Shown here piece after piece: positions 11,161 to 23,000 of a DNA stretch of 64,000 nt. The notes beneath the pieces are model-generated. The model did no database searches. It worked only from the letters and a program-made list of their open reading frames with translations, and was not told the origin of the DNA. Every line of letters begins with the position of its first letter. Positions within the stretch are counted from its first letter, which is position 1. Made by a program: the position numbers and the translations under genes. The stretch comes from Dipteris shenzhenensis (taxonomy: Eukaryota): the NCBI GenBank assembly GCA_047967505.1, contig CM106538.1, one strand, 5' to 3'.

Positions 11161-14100
11161 ACATCACCAATGCCACATCATTTTCCATGTCCTCTGTTGA
11201 CCAATCAAAGTGCCACATCATCTTTTAGCTAGTCCAAGTACCATGTCATCTATTGACCAATCAAAGTGCCACCTCATCATTGCCATGTGGCAGTCTCTTG
11301 TTAGGCACTCTGGCCCCTCTGCAAACACACTGTGCACACTGCATGTGCACATAGGTGACACATTAGCACACTACTCCACTGGCACACCTCTTCATAGGCA
11401 CAGTCACTGCATGTGACCCCTGACTACCACATCATCACTCAGCACATTTGCACTCCTTTTGCCCCTCCACCTAGATCAACTCGTATCTCTTGATCCAGGA
11501 AGAATTTGAGGGCAGTCCAAAAAGAAAAATCACTTGATTTTTTGTGCTCTACATGCTTGTCACATCACATACATATTTTAGCACAAGTATCACTCACTTT
11601 TGAGCCTCATCGACAAATCCACTTCCTTCATGCACATCAGCCTCTACATCGATGCATCTGACCCAACACATAAAAAGAACCAAAGAAAAAGAAATTATTT
11701 GTTGTTCTTTTCTTCGATCGATGGTTGGTCTAGATCTAGATCAGAGTAGACTAGATCACCATAGTGGAGATGATTTGAATTTCTCCAAGTTGCCAATCTA
11801 AGCCATGCCCAAAATTCTTGACTAGTTCCTACTTAGATTCAGTCCCTACACTCACCACATCATCACATTACCTAAAACCTGACGTTCATTAGTTTAGTGA
11901 GTAGACTTCAGAGTGTTCAGAGGCATTGGCCGATTGATTAGTGAGCAGATAGCATACGATTTGATTTCACACACACATGCCATCATTGTAAAACCTATTT
12001 GGCTATTTCTTGACATTTGTGCACATTATTTTGAGCCTTATAAAGCCTCTTGGCTATTCCTGGCATCATTTGCCACAAGCCTTGTAATTTAGATTGGATT
12101 ATATATTGTAGTTCTACCTTCACCGACAATTCAGATTTCACTTGCCACAGTCACTATTTTGCAGCTGATTCAGACAGTGATTTTCATGACACTTTGAGTA
12201 CATTTTTTGCACCATGTCTATGACTACCAACCTCAATCTGGAGGCATCTATTAAGTTAGACAACTCCAATTATGGCACATGGAAATATCGAATGGAGACC
12301 ATTCTTATACTTCGGGACAAATGGGAGTGTGTCAATGGACCTACACCTAGACCATTGGATGATCCAACTAGCATTAGGTCTACTCCACCTATTGTCACAG
12401 CACCACCAATAGTGGGATCTCTAACTACACAAATAGTTTTTGCACCTGTAGTAGCAGATCTTGCCATTGCACAAGCACAGGTAGAATGGGACAAGAAAGA
12501 CAAGTATGCATATCATCTGAACAAGTAGAATGTGCAAGATATCATGCTAGGATAACTCAACACAGCTAAGACATCAAAAGAAGCATGGGATATGTTCACA
12601 GCTCTCTACGAGTCCAAGAACACTTCTAGGATTCTCACACTAAGAAACCAGATCAACTAGAATTTCCACAACATCCAATGAAACCGGTCCTGCTTATGTA
12701 CTTAGGATCAAAGACTATAATAATCAACTCACAATAGCAAGAGAGACCATGAATCCAACAAAAATGGCTCAAGTCATTCTGAATGTACTATGAGAGGGAT
12801 ATGAGAATCTAGTCCAGAGTATTGCCATCCAATGGCAAATTCTGACACTGGAAGAACTTTAGTTAGTTTTACTTGGTGAAGAGCTCAAGACACAAGCCAT
12901 CCATGCACACAGAGGTCATTCTAATGATAAGGAATTCACAACTTTAGATAGAAGCAGAGGTACAGGTAGATCATTCCAGCTAAGTGGTCATCATCGGTAA
13001 CAAAATCAACATCAAAGAATAAATCATCAGCATCATCCTCAACATCACAATCAGCAAAGAGGAAATCATTCCAATCGAGGAATACTCCAAGGATGAGGGA
13101 ATGCATCCACCAACATGTCAAACATTCAGTGCAACTAGTGTCATAGGTTTGGACACTATGAAAGAGATTGTCGCAAGAAGCAGTATGACCAAGGTGATCA
13201 ATCCAATAGTAATTGAGGGAATTTTCGCGAAAGAGGAAATCATTGTGGTGGACATTCTAGTCACGGTCATTATGCAAATGAACATGGGAATATGTTTCTT
13301 ACAAACGAGGAAATGCAAAAGACTAATACAGCATATCTAGACACTGAGTACAATTCAAAAGAGGATTTTAGCTATATATCAAGTTGACAAAGCAAACCAG
13401 GATCCTTGATACATCAACAGTGGTGCATCATCTAATATGACAAAGCATCAAGAATGGTTCACAGAGATGAAACCATTAGAAGGTCATAAGAATGTCATCT
13501 ACACAGTAGATAATACACCTAATCTAGTTCAAGGGATAGGCACTATCCCTATGAACAATTCCACTGGTACAAAAGGATTGGTGAAAGATGTACTTTATGT
13601 TCCAAAGCTCAGCAAGAACCTCTTGTCACAGTGGGTCAAATGACGGAACACAACTACCAAGTCACCTTTGATAGAGATGAATGCACGATCAAAGACACAA
13701 ATCTAGAGGATTTTAACTACTTGTAGGAAAAGGAGTCAAGGAAGGATGCTTGTTCAGAATGCTAGCTACAATACTAGATTTGCATGCCATGTTAGCTCAA
13801 CCGCAACAGATGCCACTATCCGCAAAATGGCACAAGAGTTATGATCATGTCAATTTCAAGAGCTTTATAGATCTAAGGAATCAGAATATGGCAATTGGGA
13901 TTCCTACACTACAGTTTCTTGGAAAATTTTGCAAAGCATGCTGCTTCGACAAACAAAAGCGAACCAACTTTGGCATGGCACCTCTCGAGCAAGAGGTATT
14001 CTTGATTTGATTCATACAAATGTATGGGGTTATGCCTAGACCTGCAACATCAATGGTTCACTTTACTACTTGACTTTCATCGATGACTACAATAGATATT

Positions 14101-16702
14101 GTTGAGTCTACTTTCTGAAAGAGAAATCTGAAGTCTTTTCTAGATTTTTCACGAATTCAAAGCCATGGTAGAAAACCAGACAGGCAGAAAGATCAAAGTC
14201 ATGAGATCAGATAGAGGAGCTGAATACATGTCTTCAACATTCATGAAATTTTGTGGAAGTCATGGCATTCAAAGACAATTCACTTGTGTAGATACTTCTC
14301 AATAGAATGCATGAGCTGAAAGGAAGAATGGCACTTTAGCAGATAGCAGTGCTTAGTGAGAAGCATCTTTCAAATCAATATTGGGCAGAAGCAATAGCCA
14401 CTGCAAACTACTTGCTTAATCGACTTTTGACCAAACCGATTCAGGGTATGACACCTTATAAAGCATTCACTGGACATAATCCATGCATTGGGCATCTCCG
14501 CATATTTGGTTGCATAGCATATGCCCACATACATGACCATCACAAGAAATTGGCTGTGAAGTCATGCAAATGCATCATGGTTGGCTACAATGAAGAAATC
14601 AAAGCATACATGTTGTATGATCCGATCAACCACAAGGTCATTATCTCCAGAGATGTAATATTTAATGAGGAATCAGAATGGAAAACCTCAAACAGATAGG
14701 AGATAGATGCACAAATTTCACAGTCATCTACAAAAAAGGTTAATGAAGAAGAGCATGGATTGCCAGAAGCAACCCGAGAAGAACCATAGTAACTCAGACG
14801 GTCTACTAGGGAAAGCAGACCTCAGATTGACATATGCTAAGAAAGGCAAAGCAATTTAGGTTGAAACCACCAACTATGCTCTTATGACTACCATCATGGC
14901 TACAGAAGAGCCAGTGTACTTCAAAGATGCAGTTGACAAGCCAGAATGGCAAACTACTATGCATGAAGAAATGGATGCTTTATACAAGAATGATACTTGG
15001 GAAGCATGTGACGTTCCACCGAGAAAGAAGGCCATAGCAAACATATGGGTATACAAAGTAAAGTACAATCTAGATGGAAGTATTCAAAGATACAAAGCTA
15101 GACTAGTTGCAAAAGGATTTGCACAATAATATGGTCAAGATTATGATGAGACTTATGCTCTAGTAGCAAAGATGGATTCCATACGGTTCTTGATATCACT
15201 AGCGACACTCAGCAGATGGAATGTGTACCACCTCGATATCGAGAATGTATTTCTCAATGGTTGCCTAGACGAGGAAGTCTACATGCAACAACCAGCAGGT
15301 TATGTTGAACCAGGAAAGGAGAATTAGGTTTGCCATCTCAAGAAAAGCCTCTATGGCTTAAAGCAAGCACCCAGAAGTTAGTACAGCAGAATCGAGAATT
15401 ATTTTGCTAATCTACGATACATGAAATCCAATGTAGATCATACTCTCTACTACAAAGTTCAAGGGGAAGACATTACTATTGCACTTTTGTATGTATATGA
15501 TATTATTGTGACAGGAAGCAAGGATAGCTTCATCAAAAAGTTGAAATAAGACTTATCTGTAGAATTTGACATGAAAGATCTTGGACTTATGTGCTTGTCT
15601 TGGAATTGAGTTCAAGAGAGATTCAGACAGCACCTTTATGAGTCAGCTCAAATACGTTAACAGTCTCCTAAAGAAGTTTCATATGGCAGATTGCAAGATT
15701 GCAGACACTCCCATGGAACAGAGTTTGAAACTTACTAAAGACTTAGAAAAGCCTATAGTCAATGACAGATACTATAGGCAACTCATCGGATCTCTTATAT
15801 ATCTAACTATCACATTGCGAGATATTTGTTATGCAGTAAGTTCGCTAGCACAATTTATGGCAAATCCAAAGCATTCTCATTGGAATGCAGCCAAAAGAGT
15901 CTTGAAATACATCAAAGGTACAAGACAGTTTGGAATAGAATATAAAGGAAGTCATACAAGGTCGCATGGATACAATAATAGTGACTATGCAAGAGATCAT
16001 GAGACCAGGAGATCCACACAAGGATATGCATTTTTCCTTGGTCAAGGTGCTATATCATGGTTGTCAAACAAACAACCAACTATTTCTTTGTCTTTGATTG
16101 AAGTAGAATATACAACTGTCACTACAGGTGCATATGAGGCTATATGGCTTAGAAGCCTATTATCAAAAATAGATTACTTTGATGAATCAAAGCCAACAAC
16201 AGTATTAATTGGCTCAAGCATTGTCCAAGAATCTAGTATATCAATCCAAGACAAAGCACAATGATGTCAGAGAGCACTTCATCAGAGAAAGAGTGTTACT
16301 TGGTGACATCACACTACAACATTGTGATAGAAAAGAGAATGTTGCAGACATCTTTACCAAACCACTCGGTAAAGAGCTTTTCAAGAAACATTGACCTCTT
16401 GCTTTGATGGTGGAGAGGAAGGACATTCCCATTAAACGGGTGTGATGGAATGTAGTGTTCAGTCCTTCTTCGATTCCCCAGAATCATCATCTTGAGGGAA
16501 GGCCTACTTCATGATTTTGATCTTGAGGGAAGGTGTTGAGAGACCATGCTCGACATCATGTGATTACATGTGCATAGTACTAACACATATAGAGTGCTAT
16601 AAAGGAAAGGCTTAGATGACCTAACCCTAACACTAAATGGGTCTATATATATTCTACATTTTCAACTAAATCTAGTGTATAGTTAGTCAGTATAGTTAGT
16701 CA
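11161..16702 (+). mobile_element. copia family B, copy B2: partial leader, decayed gag-pol, PPT and truncated 3' LTR; no 5' LTR or PBS
   Basis: gag at 12214 (LDNSNYGTWKYRMETIL), integrase (WAEAIATANYL), RT (YKARLVAKGF), RH (KTKHNDVREHFIRE). PPT at 16525-16533 and an LTR starting TGTTGAGAG at 16534. Confidence 0.92.
12214..16445 (+). pseudogene. gag-pol: copia B2 gag-pol, many stops and frameshifts
   Basis: Fragmentary ORFs at 12214, 13437, 13750, 14349, 14884, 15581 and 16209 in copia domain order. Confidence 0.9.
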
Positions 16703-17020
16703 TCGTTAACTATCCCTAAGGGATGTGGATTATTCCCCTTAATTAATTATGTAATTTTTCATATTCATTCTTGGATGCAGACTATCCCCCTCATGATTTT
16801 TTGCATTCTTTGGCAAAATTTTGACCTTAGAATCTGTACGGAAGTCTTTGTTCCTAGGTAAAGTCATAACAAGCAGGGAGCACGGGCATCACCTATCTTA
16901 CCCAAATTAAGCTATATTATTCTAGCATATGGTTTTATTTGGATGGTAGCAAGTAAGTGGACCTTTACCTTGGAGCCTGGACTACCTAAAGGATTTGACA
17001 TTTTTATACTTATTTTTGTA
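16703..17020 (+). repeat. Left arm of a long imperfect inverted repeat (partner 31084-31519)
   Basis: For example CTTTGTTCCTAGGTAAAG / CTTTACCTAGGAACAAAG and TTTATTTGGATGGTAGC / GCTACCATCCAAATAAA are reverse complements in colinear order. Confidence 0.85.
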
Positions 17021-20000
17021 GGCTTAGTAGTGACTAATGCCAAATTCCTAAGGAAGGGGATTCTATGTATTCTTGTTTGAGAGAGAGGATATGGCTTTTA
17101 GTGTCCTAAGTCAGGGTCTATGGACCCTAGGAAATCAACCTCTCTACCTGGATCCCTAGTCTCCATATTTTTCCTCTGCCCACCAAGATCCACATATGGG
17201 TAGATCTCCTTGATCTTCCTCTCTCTTTGTGCAATCAAGCTACCAAACTTTGTAAAGGTTTGGGTGAGGTAATTGGGGTTGAAAGAGAGCAATTCATCAA
17301 CCCCATAGGGAACCCCTAAGTGTGTATAAGGAGAAACCTTCCTCTCATTTATAAAAACCTTCCTCATTCCTATTTCCTCTATGGGCAAGCTACCCACAGC
17401 GTTAAGGGCTATCCAACTAAGAGACATAAGAAGAAATCCACCCTCCTCCCTCTCCTTCCTAGGAGAATAAAACAACTTGGATTATGAAAGAGAATAGGAG
17501 GGGAAATTTTTATGCAACATAAACCTCATAATGAGGGCAAGATGCATGTAGTGGAGGAGGATAAGAAAGGCAAAGGAAAGGAATCTCTTATTCTTTCAAA
17601 AAATGCATTTGATTCTCTAATAGATTAGGAAACGGAAGTTTATGGAAAATTAGGGCAATATAGATGAGTTCAAATTACAACCAGGATGGTGCTCTAAATT
17701 TGAAAACAAGGTGAACCAAAATGATGCCATGATCACTGAACTTGGGGAGGTCTCTACTCTGAAGAGGAACTTCCCCCTCCAGAGACACTTGAAAAGGAAT
17801 TCACAATAAAAGAAAAAGATGCCATTGTCATCCCTAATAGAAGAGGGTTGTCCTAGATAAAGGAAGCCACTCCCTAGATCAAAATCCCTCCCCCCAAGGA
17901 TATAAAGGGGAAGAATAGAAATGGTAAGTAAAACCAATTCTTTCCTCATACTAAATGTGTGGATTGATAGACTTTTCAAAAGGGTTAGAAATTTATCATT
18001 GGTTAAGGTATAACTCCTTGTCACCAACCTTTTTAGCTCATTAGGAAGTCAAGGTCATTGGCCTAAAACTATAGAAGGGACTCACTTCTATTGATAGAAT
18101 AAGAACAAAGAGGATCTCTAAAGAAGTGCCTCTCCTCAAGCAAGGGGAATAGTTAGTCACTGCCTCTCATGAAGAGAATCTAGATATAATTATAACAACA
18201 CTTTCAAGACCTTCTTTCCACAACCATTGAAGTCAACAATCCTAGAGTTCTTCAAGAAAGATTGAGATGTAGAAAAGTCAGCCACAAGGCTATTCATAAC
18301 TTTGAAAGCCTACATCTTGATAAGTACCTCTCCTTAAAAGATTAATAGTAGTTGTAGACATCATGGCTAATGGCTAAACCCCTTGGGAATCGGTCTTTGA
18401 GTGCTGCTACAGTCTGTCTTTCCAATTCTCATGCATGTTCCTCCTTGGCCAAGCTAGTGAATAGTTCCTCCTTGGCCAAGCTAGTGAATAGTTCTAATAT
18501 TTGAAGCATTTGGCTAGCTTGATAATGGAGAATGGCAGATGGTGATGAGGATTGGCGATATTGCTGATGCAATTGGTGCCCATGTAGCCTTCTTGATGAT
18601 TATGTAGTACTTGTTGGGGGTTGTTCCAATGGTAAGTTAATCACTTGGGTACAGTAGTTGTATTGTTGATTTGGCACTAGCTCTCCTTATGGCACATTGA
18701 CTGGCATGGCGTTGATGGGTGGTGTTGGTGCCGATGTAGCCTCAAGCTCTAGCTACTACTATTGTTGGAGATATATTGATTGCAATTGTGCACCGAGCTA
18801 CAGCATCTCGAGGGGTAATTCCTCAATTCCTACCTCTAGAATAGGCATTTCTTCTGAGGTATCTGCATTTGCCAATGTGAAAGTAGGAGAAGTTGGTGAT
18901 AGCTCCCATGCTAGTGAGAAGGGAATGTCCAACTCCTCAATAGGTTATGGTGACTAGGGCAAAGTCATTTCTCATTCCTATAGCTCTTTATTGATGATTA
19001 TAGCCAATAAGTGTGGAATTTTACATTTTTGGCCTGATAAACCATCGAGTTGAAGATGACTAAGTGCTAGATCTAGTCTTGCTTTAGCTGCCTACTCAGC
19101 AAAACAAATGTGCGGAATGGGAGGGATTGATTCTTGCCGCACTTAACCCCCAGGATTGTGGATAGTAATTGTGTTGCTTCCTTGATTCAGGGTTAATGAT
19201 GGTGCGAAGTAATATCCTGTCCCTATGGAACTTGGTGCCCTTGGTGAGGAGAGGCTGTATTTTGATAAATTTGGCATCAGTGGGCCTTGTAGGGTATTTT
19301 GCACCTTGAGTTGAGAGTGAGAAGCCCCTTTGAATTACTATACTATCGAGGATAATGTTGAGTTGGCTCTAATGTACAGTAATGGTGCTACATTGGAAAG
19401 AGCATAAGTCGATGTAGGTGGCCACAAAAGTTCCAAAGACTGGGCCCCGTCAATGGTTCTATAGGCCAGTGGTGACTAGGGTGGCATTTGTTCTTCTTGT
19501 GTTTCCATGTCATGCATAGGGTGGCATTTGTTCTTCTTGTGTTTCCATGTTATGCACAAAATCCTTCTCATAGCTATCGCTCTGAACCACAAATGCCTGT
19601 GGTTGCCTTGGTTGAGAGGAGGTAAATGGCTGCAAACTCTAGAGGGGGTCTCGTGGTGGTTGAGGTGGTGGGCTCTTTCTTCGCATCCTCTTTAGTGGTG
19701 GCATTGTTTTTGAACCTGCATCCATGTTCATATGGTGTACCATTGATCATTAGATTAGTTGGCATGCAAGTTTGACACGTGTGTGTATTGTGAGATATAT
19801 TATTTTTACACATGCTCTGAGAGTGTGGAATGAAAGTGTGCAACACAATTATTCATGCAATCGACTATGTGTCTAAGCGAAAGCATGTGAGTGCATGTGA
19901 CCCAATAACTAGGTAGGGGCTAACTATATGCTTTTTTTTGTTTTTGCTAGGATTTCATAGGGCAGCTAGGACTTAGCCATCACTTCTGAGCCCTAGATTG

Positions 20001-20075
20001 AAATCGGTCGATGCTACCTATATGTGCAAAGATGTACATATGAAAGTGAGTGCTCGTAATACAATCTAATACTAA

Positions 20076-23000
20076 CTAAGGAAGACTTGGGGCTCCTAAA
20101 TCTCTATTTTTGTCGAGGATAGCTTCCATGTTGATGTAGTAGCACTTCAGTTGGCTCCCATTTATGACAGTGTTCAATTGGACTCCATCCAATGTTTCTA
20201 GCAGCATAGCTCTGATGCGATTCATTTTTCTTACACAATAGGGTCCTTGACCTAGATACTTGAGTTTTCCCTTGTGGACTTTGGCATTGTATAGCAAGAC
20301 CAGGTCACCTTCCTTGATGTCTTTGGCTTTAATATTTTTGTCAAACTATGCCTTTCTTTTGCATTTTTCTATTGTCATGGCATGGTAGGCGACTAATCTG
20401 GTCTTTCTATGCTTCTCCAATTGTTAGAGTCTTTCTTTCAAGGATGCATGATCTCCCATGCATTCCTGTATTGCTATGTGTAGGCTTGGTATTACAAATT
20501 CTAGTGGGACCATAGCTTCAAGGTAGTACACTAATTAAAAAGGTGTATACCCTATACTAGCCTTGAGTGTGGTTTGGTATGCCCATAAGGCTGCATTTAG
20601 TTTCTCTGCACAATCAGAACATTGTGGTTATACTACCTTGGTGAGGAGGTTAATGCATAATATGTTGTTGGTGGATTCGTCCTGTCCATTCCCTTGGGGG
20701 GTAGTAGGGTGTGCTTTTTCTATGGATTACCATAAAGCCAAACAAGAGTTCTTGAATAACCTCATTGACAAAATGCATGCCTCTATCCTACACAATTTCA
20801 ATGGGGCATCTGGATTGGGTGATCACATTCTCGTATAAGAATCTTGATGTGCTTCTAACATCGGCCTTTCTGACTCTTTTAGCTTTAGCCCATTTGGTAA
20901 AGTAATCAGTGGCCACAATGATTTAGCATGCATATGTTCCCTTTGCTGCTAGATGGATGGGTCCCACAAAATCAATCCCCCATTTTTCAAATGGTTGTTG
21001 TGCAATAACTGTTGTTAGGGGATTGAAGTCCTTGTGTTGTGGTTTAGTACTCTATTGGTATACATCACAGCTTTTGACATATTCATAGGCATTTGCCCAA
21101 AGTGTTGACCACTAGTAGCTTGCAAAGTGGACTTTTCTTGCTGTCGCTTGCCCTTGGAAGTGTCCTCCTACAATGCCTTCATGGACTTCACTAAGGATTG
21201 GCATGACGCATTACACATCTTCTTAAAACTTGGTCCTTGCCCATCTTGTATAGTTGTCCTACAATGAGTTGATAGGGTGCAGCTTTTAAAATTAGCTTTC
21301 TGGCATCCAGTTCTTTCATTTTAGGGGGTGGTATTCCTACCATTAAAAGTACCCAATGATATCTGCACACCAATCTAGAACAGCATCTATCTAAAATAGT
21401 GTGGCATCTGGCAAGTCATCTTCTACTCTAGTGGCTTTTTCTCCCGACTTGACACGAGACATGTGATCGGCAATGTAGTGTTGGGCACCTTTGCAGACCA
21501 CTACTTTGAAGTTGAATTCTTGCAGCAAGAGGAGCCATTTGATAATTATTTCTATTAAACATTGACGGTTCACAAGATAAAGCAATGCTTGATGGTTGAT
21601 GTAGAAGATAAAGTCATTTGCCAATAAATAGTGTCAAAATTTCTTAACACTATACACCATTGTATAGCTTATCTCCGCATCATTGAGTTGTCGACTAGCA
21701 AAGTAGGATGGGTAGTCTTTCTTATGTTCACCAGGTTGGAAAAGCACACTCCCAATTGCATACTTGGAGCCATCAGTATGAACATGAAATCCAATATCCC
21801 AATTGGGAGATATAAGGATGGGTGTTGTGATTAGGTGCCACTTTAAAAGCTTAAAGGCTTGGTTGCACTCTTCTATCCATTAGAATTCCACTAATAATTT
21901 GTAAAGTGGCCTAGCCATCATGGCATACCGTAAGATAAATCTTCTATAATAGCTTGCATGTCCCATAAAGACCTATACGCCTTTGGAATTTGTAGGAGGA
22001 GGAAATTCCATGATGATTTTGATTTTGTCCATGTCAATTGCAATCCCATGTTGAGAAATGATGTGTCCCAAAACAACTCCATGGGTGACCATGAACTGGC
22101 ATTTTGTTGGATTTAGGGAGATTCTATACTCCCTGCATTTGATTAGAACTGCTTAAAGACATTTGAAGTGGTTTTTTTGTTCGTGTGGATGCACAAATCA
22201 TCCAAGAACACCTGTAGAAACTTTTTTATTGGATTTAGGGAGATGCCATACTCCATACATTTGATTAGAACTGCTTAAAGACATTTGAAGTGGTCTTTTT
22301 AGTTTGAGTGGATGCACAAATCATCCAAGAACACCTGTAGAAACTTATTAAAAAAGGACTTGAAAGCTGTGAACTAGACTCTCTGGAATGTTGTTGAGGC
22401 ATGTCTCTATAGGCAAATATACCCCATTCTATAGCAAATGCTATTTTTTATTGGTCAGCAGGAGCAATTTGCACTTGGTTATAGCCACTAAAGCCATCCA
22501 AGAAACTGTATATCTATGATCCCAGCCACCTTTTCCAACATTTTTTCTATTAAGGGTAGGGGATAGTGATCCTTTATTGTGGCAGCATTCACATTCTTTA
22601 AGTTAATGCATATTCTTAGATTCTTGTTCCATTTAGGCACGATGATGATGGGTAAAACCCAATCAATGTGCTCTATTTCATAGATGAATTCGGCATCTAA
22701 GAGTTTTTCTAGTTTGTCATAGACCATGGTGCCATATTTTGGATTTGTTTGATAAGGTCCAGATACCTTAGGGTGGGCACCTTCCCTAATAGGTATCATG
22801 TGTACTGCCACTTCTGGTGAAATTCCCATCATTTCCTTATATGACCATGCTAGGCAGTTTTGGTATTCCTTTAGGAGTGCTTTGAGCTTTGTTTCATCTT
22901 CCTATGTATGCTATTTCCCAATGAATACCATTTTTTCTTCCTCCCTTTCAAGGGCAAGGTTTATTGTGCGAGTTTTGGCTGGTCCCTCATAGATTGGAGT

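Noticed and set aside
17020-18400. Possible transposase or LINE ORF1 inside the long inverted repeats
   Set aside because: Only weak hints (KGKGKE..SKNAFDSL); no diagnostic motif could be supported.
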